Part shown: piece after piece, positions 48,990 to 59,010 of the stretch | Layout of the letters: every line of letters starts with the position of its first letter | Position numbering within the stretch: the stretch's first letter is position 1 | DNA from: an uncultured Planctomycetia bacterium | GTDB taxonomy: Bacteria > Omnitrophota > Gorgyraeia > Tantalellales > Tantalellaceae | Direction of reading: 5' to 3' | Assembly (NCBI GenBank): GCA_964421015.1 | Contig: CAYQUS010000001.1 | Coordinates: forward strand, 22,726-86,725 | DNA length: 64,000 nt | Notes under the pieces: generated by a model | Told to the model about the DNA's origin: nothing | Seen by the model: only the letters and a program-made list of their open reading frames with translations | Databases searched by the model: none | Position numbers and translations under genes: made by a program

Positions 48990-49900
48990 AATCGTTTGAC
49001 CCAGTCGTCCCCGACAAGAACACCTTCAGCCGAAACCTTGATATTACGGACAACCCCTGTGGCGACAACCCCCAGGTCCCTGCCGTTAACCTTAAAGCTA
49101 AGAACACTCGCCTTCCCTGTCCATACGGTAAGCGTGCCTTTTGTCTTCCATTCACGGGAATCCCCGGCATTAAGAAAACCGTCGAACAGTTTGCCCTGCT
49201 CGGAAGACGCCACCTGCACCCAGACCCTGTCGGACGCCTTAAGCACAAGACTTACCGAAGCGCCTGTCACAGCGCTTGAAACTTTATTCTGTCTGGGGTC
49301 CGTTTTTTCGGCAACTGATCTTGAGACCGTACCGGCCCCGTTTTCTCCCGCCGAAGCCTTGTATAAAGCGGCGGGAATTACTTCCCTGCGAGGCGAGCGA
49401 AAAGCTTTCACGGTAACATTTACCAGCACTACCAGAAGGACCGCGAAAACAGTTAAAAGCACGGCAGCTACAACCACCTGCATTTTCTTTTCAAAGGATA
49501 TTGCTCCAAAAACAGATCTTTTCGTTTCCTTCCTGCCGGGAGCCTGCGCCGGGACAACAGGCTTTTTCATTTTTTTGGCCTGAGGCGGCTTTTTGACAGG
49601 CGGTTCTTTTTTTTCCTTTCTGAGAGGTTTCTCCTCAACCGAAAAAGTCTTGACGGGCACCGCCCTGGAAGCTATATCATACTGGCGAAGCGCCTCATCA
49701 GTGTCCAGGGAGAGGAACTCGGAGTACTTTTTGATGAAACTTTTCATATAAACCGGGCTAAGCTTTTCAAAGACACCGGCCTCTATGTCCGTTATCACCT
49801 TGACGTTTATGAAGGTCTTGGAGGCTACGTCGTCCCTCTCAAGCCCGAGTTTTTCACGTTTATCCTGGAACATCTTTCCTAAAGATTCTGCAGCAGACAT
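48986..49900 (-). CDS. rodZ: RodZ-like cytoskeleton protein (HTH + TM + DUF4115)
   Basis: N-terminal XRE-like HTH, a Lys/Pro-rich linker, one TM helix and a C-terminal beta domain. Confidence 0.55.
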   Translation of the reverse strand: MSAAESLGKMFQDKREKLGLERDDVASKTFINVKVITDIEAGVFEKLSPVYMKSFIKKYSEFLSLDTDEALRQYDIASRAVPVKTFSVEEKPLRKEKKEPPVKKPPQAKKMKKPVVPAQAPGRKETKRSVFGAISFEKKMQVVVAAVLLTVFAVLLVVLVNVTVKAFRSPRREVIPAALYKASAGENGAGTVSRSVAEKTDPRQNKVSSAVTGASVSLVLKASDRVWVQVASSEQGKLFDGFLNAGDSREWKTKGTLTVWTGKASVLSFKVNGRDLGVVATGVVRNIKVSAEGVLVGDDWVKRF

Positions 49901-49903
49901 ATT

Positions 49904-52150
49904 TTACACATCCGTAAGTTGGGTTGTATCCTCTATGAGTATCTCTCTGGGTTTAGAACCGTTATACGGCCCTACTATCCCATCTTCTTCCATTATATCT
50001 ATCATTCTGGCAGCGCGCGCATATCCCACTCGCAGTTTTCTCTGTACCATGGAAACCGATGCCTGTTTGGTCTGAACAACGATCTCCACCGCTTCCCTGT
50101 ACAGGTCGTCCTTCTCCTGATTTTGCGCTTGAGAGGACTTCTTCTCCTGGGTTATCATGGCGGATTCCAGATACGCCGGCCCGGACTGGTCCTTTATATG
50201 CTTGACTATTCTCTTTATCTCGGCGTCATCCACAAGACTACACTGTCCCCTGACTATGTGGGACGTTCCCGGCTCCATAAAGAGCATATCGCCTCTTCCC
50301 AGGAGCTTTTCAGCGCCATTGGCGTCAAGAACTGTCCTGGAGTCAACTTTAGAAGCAACTTTAAAAGATATCCTTGCCGGGAAATTAGCCTTTATAACAC
50401 CGGTTATAACGTTAACCGAAGGTCTTTGCGTGGCAAGTATAAGGTGTATGCCGGCGGCCCTTGCCAACTGGGCAATACGCATTATCGCGCCTTCCACATC
50501 CTGCTGGGCCACAACGATCAAGTCCGCAAGCTCGTCCACTATCACAACGATATAAGGGATGTTCTCATCCATATCGGTTTTCTTTTCCCTGTAGAGAGCC
50601 AGGTTCCTCACGCCTTTCTCCGCAAACACCTCATACCTTCTCTCCATCTCGGTCACGACCCAGTTAAGAGCGGCGGCGGCCTTTTTGGGATTGGTAACTA
50701 TAGGGCTCACAAGGTGAGGTATCCCCTCGAAGATCATCATCTCCACCCTCTTGGGATCTATCATAAGGAACTTCAGTTCATCGGGAGAGGAATTTATGAG
50801 AAAACTCGTTATAACAGCGTTAAGGCATACTGTTTTACCTGCCCCCGTCGCGCCGGCGATCAGTAAGTGCGGCATTTTGGCAAGATCGGTCACTATCGGC
50901 CTGCCCGATATGTCTTTACCCAGAGCGAACTTGAGCGCAGACGTTTCTTCCTGGTATTCCTCGGTTTCCAGTATATCCCTTAAAAGGACCATTTCTGACT
51001 TCTTGTTCGGTATCTCTACTCCTATTGTGCCTTTCCCGGGAAGCGGCGCAACTATTCGTATGTTGGAAGATTTCATCGCCAGGGATATATTGTCCCCCAG
51101 AGAAGTTATCCTTGAAACTTTCGTTCCTACCGCGGGTTCAAGCTCGTACATCGTTATGACCGGACCCCGGTTTATTTTGGTGACCTTAGCCTCTACGCCG
51201 AACTCCAGAAGCGTCTTCTCCAGAGTGGCCGCGTTAAGTTTAAGATCGTCCTCCGTATCCTTGATATCGGCCTTAGAAGCCGCGTTAAGCATTTGCGTTG
51301 AAGGCAGCTTGTATTCCACATCCGTGCCTTTCGTCGGAGAAGATATCTTCTTTACCCTTTCTTCCTCCAAGGGGACCGTCCGCTTCTTTCTGACAGGCGG
51401 AACAACTTCCTGCGGGCTAACTATCGGCTCTTTTTCTTTTTTCGGCAAAGGCTTTACCGAGTTAGAGGCCGTGCGGGCCGCCTCTACCTGTTTTTTAACT
51501 TCCTCAAGTTTCCGCGCTATATTGTCTTTAGCCGCTTTCACGGAGGGTTTTTCGGCTTTCGGCATGATCTTTTTTGGCAGAGAAACGGCAACCTCGGAAA
51601 CTCCTCTCAATCGCGAGGGGATGGTCCTTGCGAACCTGTACACGGAAAGAAAAACCGGAAAAAGCAGGAACTCGGTGGCGATAAGAACGGATAAAACTAT
51701 CATCGCGGACACAAAGACGCCGCCTCCTGTCTTACCAAGATACCCTACAAGGAAGCCGGAAGTCACATACCCCACGACACCACCCTGGGAAAAAGCCGTC
51801 GTTGTCCCCGCGCCGGCCATCATGCTGAGGCTCGCGCTCACCGCGGTCATAAGAACGACTGTCCCGAAAAGCTTGAAATAAACCTTCCTCTGTTCTATCT
51901 GCAGAAATCTTGAAAAGGCCCATACGAAAATAAGTACGGGCAAAGCGTAGGATGCCTTACCTACGAAGAACCTTAGAGCCCCTCCTACGTAAACCCCCGC
52001 TAAACCGATAGCGTTTTGCGGAACATCGTTAAAATGGTTAGTGTAAAAGGGATGGTCCTGGTCCGTAAAGGTGAAAATGCTGAGAAGGATCAGAAGACCC
52101 GTCGCGAAAAGCATAACTGCTATTATCTCGTTCTTTCTTGCCTGTTTCAT
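49904..52150 (-). CDS. ftsK: DNA translocase FtsK
   Basis: N-terminal 4-5 TM helices, a Pro/Lys-rich linker, an FtsK motor with Walker A (GATGAGKT), and a C-terminal gamma wHTH. Confidence 0.9.
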   Translation of the reverse strand: MKQARKNEIIAVMLFATGLLILLSIFTFTDQDHPFYTNHFNDVPQNAIGLAGVYVGGALRFFVGKASYALPVLIFVWAFSRFLQIEQRKVYFKLFGTVVLMTAVSASLSMMAGAGTTTAFSQGGVVGYVTSGFLVGYLGKTGGGVFVSAMIVLSVLIATEFLLFPVFLSVYRFARTIPSRLRGVSEVAVSLPKKIMPKAEKPSVKAAKDNIARKLEEVKKQVEAARTASNSVKPLPKKEKEPIVSPQEVVPPVRKKRTVPLEEERVKKISSPTKGTDVEYKLPSTQMLNAASKADIKDTEDDLKLNAATLEKTLLEFGVEAKVTKINRGPVITMYELEPAVGTKVSRITSLGDNISLAMKSSNIRIVAPLPGKGTIGVEIPNKKSEMVLLRDILETEEYQEETSALKFALGKDISGRPIVTDLAKMPHLLIAGATGAGKTVCLNAVITSFLINSSPDELKFLMIDPKRVEMMIFEGIPHLVSPIVTNPKKAAAALNWVVTEMERRYEVFAEKGVRNLALYREKKTDMDENIPYIVVIVDELADLIVVAQQDVEGAIMRIAQLARAAGIHLILATQRPSVNVITGVIKANFPARISFKVASKVDSRTVLDANGAEKLLGRGDMLFMEPGTSHIVRGQCSLVDDAEIKRIVKHIKDQSGPAYLESAMITQEKKSSQAQNQEKDDLYREAVEIVVQTKQASVSMVQRKLRVGYARAARMIDIMEEDGIVGPYNGSKPREILIEDTTQLTDV

Positions 52151-52160
52151 ACCCTTCCCT

Positions 52161-52937
52161 TCATCGCCATAATGTCAGGCCTGTTACACCCGCGATAAAG
52201 CAGTAAACTCCGAACACCCATAATTTCCCGGTGACTACGGCCCGCTTCAGCACCAAAAGACCTAAAAGCCCCGACACAAAAGCCGCCGCCATACCTAAGC
52301 CGATAACAGGCATCTCCGCCGGGACGAGTTCTTCCGATAAAAACGCCCCGGAGATAATTTCGTGAAGCGTTGCTCCGGCTATTATGGGTACCGACAAAAG
52401 AAAAGAAAACCTGAAAGATTCCTCCGCTTCCATCCCCGAAGAGATCCCGGCCGATATCGTCATACCGCTCCGAGAAAGTCCCGGCATTATGGCCGCGGCC
52501 TGAGCGACCCCCACAAACAGCGAGTTGCCCGCCGTGATACCCGAGATCCTTCTTTCCTTTCTTGAAAGAACGGCTTGCGCCCCCAACAGAACCATTGCCG
52601 TTACGACAAGTAACCCGCTTACTATCCTGGGGCTTCCGAAAAGAAACTCTATACGTTCCTTAAACAGCAGACCCGCTGCCACACCCGGCAATGTACCGAT
52701 GAGTATCCCGCGCCGCCAACGTACCCCGCCCGGCTCCAATACACCTTTTATCTCTTTTCTGAAAAAAAACAGTACCGCCAGCATAGTAGAGAAGTGCAGC
52801 GCCACATCGAAAAACAGCCTGGGCTCCCCGACCCCGAACAAAGCATGAACGAACACAAGGTGACCGGAACTCGACACGGGCAAAAACTCTGTGAATCCCT
52901 GGACCAGCCCGGAGGCCACAGCCTCAAAAACACTCAT
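52161..52937 (-). CDS. uppP: undecaprenyl-diphosphate phosphatase
   Basis: BacA/UppP signature QGFTEFLPVSSSGHL and an 8-TM profile. Confidence 0.9.
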   Translation of the reverse strand: MSVFEAVASGLVQGFTEFLPVSSSGHLVFVHALFGVGEPRLFFDVALHFSTMLAVLFFFRKEIKGVLEPGGVRWRRGILIGTLPGVAAGLLFKERIEFLFGSPRIVSGLLVVTAMVLLGAQAVLSRKERRISGITAGNSLFVGVAQAAAIMPGLSRSGMTISAGISSGMEAEESFRFSFLLSVPIIAGATLHEIISGAFLSEELVPAEMPVIGLGMAAAFVSGLLGLLVLKRAVVTGKLWVFGVYCFIAGVTGLTLWR

Positions 52938-53006
52938 CTTTCCCTTCCGTTCTTTCCTCTAGACACGAGGCTTTCTGTGGCCATAAACCTCAAGTCCCCA
53001 TTAAGA

Positions 53007-53456
53007 CTAAACACCCGTATGCCCGAATCCGCCCGCTGACCGCGCCGTTTCACCAAGATCGTCGGTTTCAAGGAATTCAGCCCGGGCCACTTCCTTCACC
53101 ACCATCTGAGCTATCCTCTGCCCTCTTTTCACGGTAAATTCTTCACGCCCCACGTTTGTAACGATCAGACTTATAAGCCCGCGGTAATCGCTGTCGATGG
53201 TCCCGGGAGTGTTCACTAGGGTTATTCCGTGTTTAAGGGCCAATCCGCTCCTCGGCCTTGTCTGCGCCTCATAGCCTACCGGAAGCGCGATGTATATTCC
53301 GCAGGAAATCAGTTTTATATCTCCGGGTTTTATGATAGTGTCTTTTTCAACGTCGGCATACAGATCGAAACCGCTCGACCCCTCCGTAGCGTAAGCCGGG
53401 AGAGGCAGATCCATGGCTCCTTCTCTGCGTTTAATCCTGATCTCTACGTGTTTCAA
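53007..53456 (-). CDS. dut: dUTP diphosphatase
   Basis: dUTPase motifs (GSSGFDLYA, RSGLALKHGI, GTIDSDYRG), about 150 aa. Confidence 0.85.
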   Translation of the reverse strand: MKHVEIRIKRREGAMDLPLPAYATEGSSGFDLYADVEKDTIIKPGDIKLISCGIYIALPVGYEAQTRPRSGLALKHGITLVNTPGTIDSDYRGLISLIVTNVGREEFTVKRGQRIAQMVVKEVARAEFLETDDLGETARSAGGFGHTGV

Positions 53457-53491
53457 TTTTATGTTTTCTGCGTTTATCGCCTTGTACGGGA

Positions 53492-55570
53492 TCAGGCTTC
53501 CGCCTGTTTGATGCTCAGTTTTACCCTTCCCTGATCGTCAATGCCTATGAGTTTTACTCTTACTTCCTGACCTTCTTTTACGGCATCTTCAACATTTTTA
53601 ACGTACTTGGAGGATATCTCTGAAACATGAACAAGACCCTCCTGCCCGGGAAGGAATTCTACAAAGGCCCCAAAATTCATTATCTTGACCACTTTGGCGT
53701 TGTAGGTTTTCCCAACTTCAGGCTCTTCTATTATGGCCGACACCATAGCCACCGCCTTGTCCAATGACTCCTTATTGGCAGAAGCTATCTGGCAGGTCCC
53801 GTCATCTTCTATGTTAATATCCGCCCCTGTGGCCGCGATTATTCCCCTGATAACCTTGCCCCCCTGTCCTATAACGTCACGTATCTTATCTACCTTGACC
53901 ATTATGGTTACTATCCTCGGAGCCTCAGGTGATATGTCCGGCATCGGGGTCGGTATTGTTTTTTCCATGTGTGTCAAAAGCTCCATCCTGGCCTTGCGGG
54001 CCTGCTGGAAAGCTTCTTTCATTATGTTGTAGTCCACTCCTTTTATCTTGAGGTCCATCTGAAGCGCCGTTATGCCTTCTTTTGTTCCCGCTACTTTGAA
54101 GTCCATATCTCCCAGATGATCCTCGGCCCCGGCTATGTCAGTAAGAACGGCATATTTGTCGCCTTCCTTGACAAGACCCATTGCGATGCCGCTTACTGCC
54201 GACTTTACGGGCACACCCCCGGCCATAAGGCTCATAGATCCGGCGCATACCGTGGCCATGGAGCTCGATCCGTTGGATTCGAGTATCTCCGATACTAATC
54301 TTATCGTGTACGGGAATTTCTCTGCTACCGGAAGCACTGGAGCCAGCGCCTTCGCGGCAAGAGCCCCGTGTCCTATCTCGCGTCTTCCTGGTCCCCTCAT
54401 CGGACGGGTCTCCCCTACGCTAAAGGACGGAAAATTATAATGCAGCATAAAACTTCTAGTTGTTTCTCCCTCAAGAGCGTCTATCTTCTGCTCATCCGAA
54501 GCCGTGCCGAGGGTAAGCACCGAAAGAGCCTGCGTTTCGCCTCTTGTAAAAAGAGCGGAACCATGAGTTTTGGGAAGAAGATTTATCTCCGAGCTAAGGT
54601 TCCGTATCTGGTCGAAAGCCCTGCCATCTATCCTTTTTCGGTCGTTGAGTATAACATCACGCACTATTTTCTTTTCCACTTCCTCCACAGCCCCAGCCAC
54701 GGCTCCGGCCATACCTTTCGTGCCGTCCGGGTCTTCTTTTTTCAAAACATCGGCTTTCAGAGACTCAAGCTCCTCTATCCGCCTCTGTTTTTCCGGCAAA
54801 AGGAGCACGTTCTTTATTTTAGCGCCGAAACCTGACAATACTCTTTCCACCAGGGCTTCATCGGTCTTGTGTATGGTTATGTCTTCCCGTTTAGGTTTCC
54901 CTGCTTTAGTCCTTAGTTCTCTCTGTAAAGCAAGAAGGGGTTTAACTTTGTCGTGACCGAATCTAATTGCCTCCAGCATCCTGTCCTCTGGGATCTCCTC
55001 CCCTCCGGCCTCAAGCATGACAACGCTCTCGTCATTGGCCACCAGAACAAGGTCCAGAGAGCTCTTTTCCATCTCCTCGGCTGTCGGGTCAAGTATCATC
55101 TCTCCGTCTATCATCCCGACACGGGCTCCCGCAATAGGACCCTCGAACGGTATCTCTGAGATCATAAGAGCGCAGGATGCCCCGGTGAGAGCGAGAACAT
55201 CCGGATCATTCTGCCCGTCATAGGACAGAACTGTCGCTATTACCTGTACCTCATTAAGCATGCCTTTGGGAAAAAGCGGCCTTATGGGCCTGTCTATCAT
55301 CCTGGAAGTGAGTATGGCTTTTTCTGAAGGACGGCCTTCTCTTTTAAAGAATCCACCCGGTATCTTTCCCGCGGCGAACGTCTTTTCCTGGTACTCCACG
55401 GTAAGAGGGAAAAACCCCATATCGTCTTTTGTCTGTTTGGCGCAGCAACAGGTTACAAGAACAACCGTTCCGCCATACTGTACCGTAACCGAACCTCCTG
55501 CCTGTTTCGCCAATTTGCCGGTGGAAACTATTATGTCCTCACGGCCGTACTTCACTCTTAATTCAGTCAT
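53492..55570 (-). CDS. pnp: polyribonucleotide nucleotidyltransferase (PNPase)
   Basis: Two RNase PH domains plus KH and S1 domains, 692 aa, directly downstream of rpsO. Confidence 0.95.
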   Translation of the reverse strand: MTELRVKYGREDIIVSTGKLAKQAGGSVTVQYGGTVVLVTCCCAKQTKDDMGFFPLTVEYQEKTFAAGKIPGGFFKREGRPSEKAILTSRMIDRPIRPLFPKGMLNEVQVIATVLSYDGQNDPDVLALTGASCALMISEIPFEGPIAGARVGMIDGEMILDPTAEEMEKSSLDLVLVANDESVVMLEAGGEEIPEDRMLEAIRFGHDKVKPLLALQRELRTKAGKPKREDITIHKTDEALVERVLSGFGAKIKNVLLLPEKQRRIEELESLKADVLKKEDPDGTKGMAGAVAGAVEEVEKKIVRDVILNDRKRIDGRAFDQIRNLSSEINLLPKTHGSALFTRGETQALSVLTLGTASDEQKIDALEGETTRSFMLHYNFPSFSVGETRPMRGPGRREIGHGALAAKALAPVLPVAEKFPYTIRLVSEILESNGSSSMATVCAGSMSLMAGGVPVKSAVSGIAMGLVKEGDKYAVLTDIAGAEDHLGDMDFKVAGTKEGITALQMDLKIKGVDYNIMKEAFQQARKARMELLTHMEKTIPTPMPDISPEAPRIVTIMVKVDKIRDVIGQGGKVIRGIIAATGADINIEDDGTCQIASANKESLDKAVAMVSAIIEEPEVGKTYNAKVVKIMNFGAFVEFLPGQEGLVHVSEISSKYVKNVEDAVKEGQEVRVKLIGIDDQGRVKLSIKQAEA

Positions 55571-55620
55571 CTTTTTCCCTTTTTTAAATTGCGTTTATAA
55601 TACCCTCCGACATCATTGCC

Positions 55621-55887
55621 TTACTTCCTGAGACCAAGCTTACCTATGACCTCTGTATATTTTGCCTCGTCAACGGACTTCAAGTATTTCAAAAGCTTCC
55701 GCCTTTTGTTGACAAGCATCAGAAGGCCTCTTCGTGAATGATGGTCTTTTTTGTGCTTTTTGAAGTGTTCGGTAAGACCGTTTATTCTTTCCGTAAGGAT
55801 GGCTATCTGCACCTCAGAAGACCCTGTATCGGTGGAGTGTTTCTGAAAACCCGCCATTGCCTCTTTCTTAACCTTAGCTGTGAGCAT
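55621..55887 (-). CDS. rpsO: 30S ribosomal protein S15
   Basis: 88 aa with [42 protein letters not shown]. Confidence 0.95.
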   Translation of the reverse strand: MLTAKVKKEAMAGFQKHSTDTGSSEVQIAILTERINGLTEHFKKHKKDHHSRRGLLMLVNKRRKLLKYLKSVDEAKYTEVIGKLGLRK

Positions 55888-55965
55888 ATTCTATCACCTC
55901 CCCTCTTTGTGATGGGATAAACATCTCTGTCCCAAAAACCTTACATGCAATTATATTGAATCATA

Positions 55966-56967
55966 TCATATGAAAAGACGCTTGTAAACCGTATTCTGGC
56001 AAGTCCCCATACTCCTACCCATTGAACTCTTAAGAAAAGACGGGCAAATCCTCAAGGAAGCTTTTATGTCTCCTTTTATCTTATCCCTGAGTTCATCTCG
56101 TGAGGAAAACTTCATTTCCCCCCTAAGCCTCTTTATAAAGAAAACCTCCAGATCCATACCGTAAATATCTCCCTTGAAACCTATTATGTGGGCTTCTATT
56201 ACAGGCTCCTCTCTGCGCCTGTCCCTGCCGTAAAAAGTCGGTTTATACCCGATATTCAGCACTCCGGGAAAGATCTCTCCACCGACGTCCACCGCGACCG
56301 CGTAAACCCCCACCGGAGGTATGACTTCATGATGCGGGTCTATATTCGCGGTAGGAACACCTATCTCTCTGCCGATACTGTCGCCCTCTACAACGGTTCC
56401 GAGAACAGATACGGGCCTCGAAAGGAGCTTTCGCGCCTTTTCCAGCTCTCCCCGGGAAATAAGCTCCCTCACCCATGTGCTGCTCACCACCCTTCCGGAT
56501 CTCCTGACCGGCCCGACTATTTCGACATCCACCCCGTGTTCCGCGGCCAGTTTTTTTAATCCGGTTGTTCCTTCCGAGCCGCCTCTTCCGAAATTAAAAT
56601 TTTCACCGACAAAGATCTTCCTGGCGTTCAAGGCCTTAACAAGCACCCTGTCCACAAAATCCCCCGGCCCCATATCGGCAAGGTAACGGGAGAATTTTAC
56701 AACGACTGCCGCGTCCACCCCCATGATCTGGAAAAGCCTTAACCGGTGGGAAAGCGACATGATCCGCGGAGGCCCTTTCCTCGGGTTCAACACCGCCTGA
56801 GGATGAGGATCGAACGTAAGCACTACCTTGTCATCGCCGGAACGTGACGAGATCATTTTTTGCACAACTTTTCGATGCCCGAGATGCACCCCGTCAAACA
56901 CCCCTATCGCCACAACGGGATCTTTCAGATGTTTACCGGCGCTCCTATATCCGTGCAAGATTTTCAT
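55966..56967 (-). CDS. ribF: bifunctional riboflavin kinase / FMN adenylyltransferase
   Basis: FAD synthetase N-terminus (AIGVFDGVHLGH) and a C-terminal riboflavin kinase (PTAN..). Confidence 0.9.
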   Translation of the reverse strand: MKILHGYRSAGKHLKDPVVAIGVFDGVHLGHRKVVQKMISSRSGDDKVVLTFDPHPQAVLNPRKGPPRIMSLSHRLRLFQIMGVDAAVVVKFSRYLADMGPGDFVDRVLVKALNARKIFVGENFNFGRGGSEGTTGLKKLAAEHGVDVEIVGPVRRSGRVVSSTWVRELISRGELEKARKLLSRPVSVLGTVVEGDSIGREIGVPTANIDPHHEVIPPVGVYAVAVDVGGEIFPGVLNIGYKPTFYGRDRRREEPVIEAHIIGFKGDIYGMDLEVFFIKRLRGEMKFSSRDELRDKIKGDIKASLRICPSFLKSSMGRSMGTCQNTVYKRLFI

Positions 56968-57655
56968 TAAGTTCTTCCCTGTTCATTCTAAGGATCTCGC
57001 TGATCGTTACGGCATTTTCGATTTTAAAATTGCCGCTGGAAAGCCTGCGCAGTTCCACCAGATGCCCCCCCGAACCTGCCTTTTCCCCTATGTCATCCGC
57101 GAGCTGTCTTATGTACGTACCTTTCGTACATAGGACCTCGAACTCTATCTCAGGCAGATCTACGGAAATTATATCCAGGCTTTTTACGGTAACTTTTACC
57201 GGAAGTCTCTCTACGGTCTTCCCCTGCCGGGCAAGTTTATAAAGCCGTTTGCCCTTCACTTTTTTTGCCGAGAACATAGGCGGCACCTGATCTATCTCTC
57301 CGACAAAACTTTCCATTACCCTTTTTATCCCGGCTATATCCTGGGACACTGCTTTTTCGGATATGATCTTTCCGGAACTGTCGCCGCTGTCGGTACGTTC
57401 CCCGAGCCTGATCTTGGCGCGGTATTTTTTATCTTCTCCTGAAAGCTGTGAGGAAAGCCTGGTCGCCGCCCCCAGAAGAAGCACAAGAACACCTGTAGCA
57501 TCCGGATCAAGCGTTCCCGCATGGCCCACCTTCCTGATCTTGAAACGTTTCCTTACAAGATCCACTACATCATGGCTTGTCATGGCCTTATCTTTATCCA
57601 CGACAAGGATCCCCGATATGTCCAGGTCATTCTGAGATCCGGGACCGATAATCAT
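56945..57655 (-). CDS. truB: tRNA pseudouridine(55) synthase
   Basis: GILVVDK...TSHDVV...KVGHAGTLDPDATGVL carries the catalytic Asp. The start was set to the ATG at 57655, which overlaps the upstream stop as ATGA. Confidence 0.85.
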   Translation of the reverse strand: MIIGPGSQNDLDISGILVVDKDKAMTSHDVVDLVRKRFKIRKVGHAGTLDPDATGVLVLLLGAATRLSSQLSGEDKKYRAKIRLGERTDSGDSSGKIISEKAVSQDIAGIKRVMESFVGEIDQVPPMFSAKKVKGKRLYKLARQGKTVERLPVKVTVKSLDIISVDLPEIEFEVLCTKGTYIRQLADDIGEKAGSGGHLVELRRLSSGNFKIENAVTISEILRMNREELNENLARI

Positions 57656-59010
57656 CTGGAGCTCTCCAGCACATCCTTGACCGCTGATAGGACCGCGGCC
57701 TTCGCGATCTCTATGGATCCTTCTATAACGCAACCCGAAGCCTTGGGATGCCCGCCGCCCCCGAATCTGGCCGCAAGAGAGTTAACGTCACATTTTCCGG
57801 AAGAACGGAAACTGACATTCACCCTGCCTTCAAAACTTGAGTCTTCCTTGAAAAAAACTGATATCTCGACGCCCTTGACCGCCCTGGGAAAGTTTATGAA
57901 CTCGTCGGTCGATGGGATATCTACCTTCTCCTCCCGGCACATCTGCCTTGTCATGCTTATTATCGCCACCGCCCCGGTCTCAAAAAGTTCAAGAGTAGAA
58001 AGCACTTTGCCGAGAAGGCGTATTTCCTCCGGGCTTTTGCTCTCGTATATGCCGCGGTGGACCATGTTGGGCCTCACTCCTCTTGAGAGCAGATGCCCGG
58101 CGGCCTCATGAGTGGCCCTTGAAGTATTCTCGTAATTGAACATTCCCGTGTCCGTAAGTATGGCGGTGTACAGGGCTTCCGCTACCTCTTCAGTGATTTC
58201 CACACCCATCTCCACGGCTATGTTGTATATCATCTCTCCGGCGGAACTCATACCGGACTCCACCCAGTTGACATCCCCGAAATATTCGTTGCTCACATGA
58301 TGATCGATGTTTATCGTGAATTCCTCACCGCTCAGGGACCGCTGTACTTTCCCGGCTCTTTCTCTTACGGGACAATCCAGCATTATGAGGGTTCTCGGAA
58401 CAAAATCCCCGGGGAGTTCCCTCATTACGGACCCGGAACCCCTCAAGAACCTGAGGTTATCGGGTACGGGGTCCTGCTGCACCATGACGACATTTTTTCC
58501 CATTTTCTCAAGAATTCCGAAAAGAGCTATCTGGCTTCCTACCGAATCGCCCTCCGGATTGACATGTGCGGTTATCATAAAATCATCTTTTTGCTTCAGA
58601 GCGTCTATTACTTTCATCATCGCTTCCCTGTCCATGACCTTCCCTTCCATTTTTATTCGCTGGAACTCAGCGTGATCCTTCTCTACTGTTTCAAAAAGAG
58701 CGTCTATCCTTTGCCAGCTTTTTTTATCGTTTTCCTCAAGAAAAGTAAGATGCGGGACGGCCTTCATCTCAACCCTTGAGGCCAGTTCTGTCCTTATGAA
58801 GCCGGCCGCGTGTTTAAGGCTTTTCAAGAGCCGCGAGCTGTCCCCTGCGTCCTCCGGGAAAATACAGTAAACCCTTGCCGTTTTAAGATCTTTAGTCACC
58901 TCGACACGCTCTACCGTAACACTGCTTATAAGCGGATCGTTCAGTTCGCTCTGGATGACCATCGATATTTCTCTCTTGAGGGTTTCCGAAACCCTTTCGA
59001 TTCGGCTCAT
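57652..59010 (-). CDS. rbfA: ribosome-binding factor A fused in-frame to a DHH/DHHA1 phosphoesterase (NrnA-like)
   Basis: Residues 1 to about 120 are RbfA-like (MSRIERVSETLKREISMVI...VTVERVEVTKDLKTARVY...). The remaining roughly 330 aa are DHH (ITAHVNPEGDSVGS, a DHH motif) plus DHHA1 (GGGHPKASG). The two parts form one uninterrupted ORF. The start was set to the ATG at 59010, overlapping the upstream TAA by 1 nt. Confidence 0.7.
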   Translation of the reverse strand: MSRIERVSETLKREISMVIQSELNDPLISSVTVERVEVTKDLKTARVYCIFPEDAGDSSRLLKSLKHAAGFIRTELASRVEMKAVPHLTFLEENDKKSWQRIDALFETVEKDHAEFQRIKMEGKVMDREAMMKVIDALKQKDDFMITAHVNPEGDSVGSQIALFGILEKMGKNVVMVQQDPVPDNLRFLRGSGSVMRELPGDFVPRTLIMLDCPVRERAGKVQRSLSGEEFTINIDHHVSNEYFGDVNWVESGMSSAGEMIYNIAVEMGVEITEEVAEALYTAILTDTGMFNYENTSRATHEAAGHLLSRGVRPNMVHRGIYESKSPEEIRLLGKVLSTLELFETGAVAIISMTRQMCREEKVDIPSTDEFINFPRAVKGVEISVFFKEDSSFEGRVNVSFRSSGKCDVNSLAARFGGGGHPKASGCVIEGSIEIAKAAVLSAVKDVLESSR

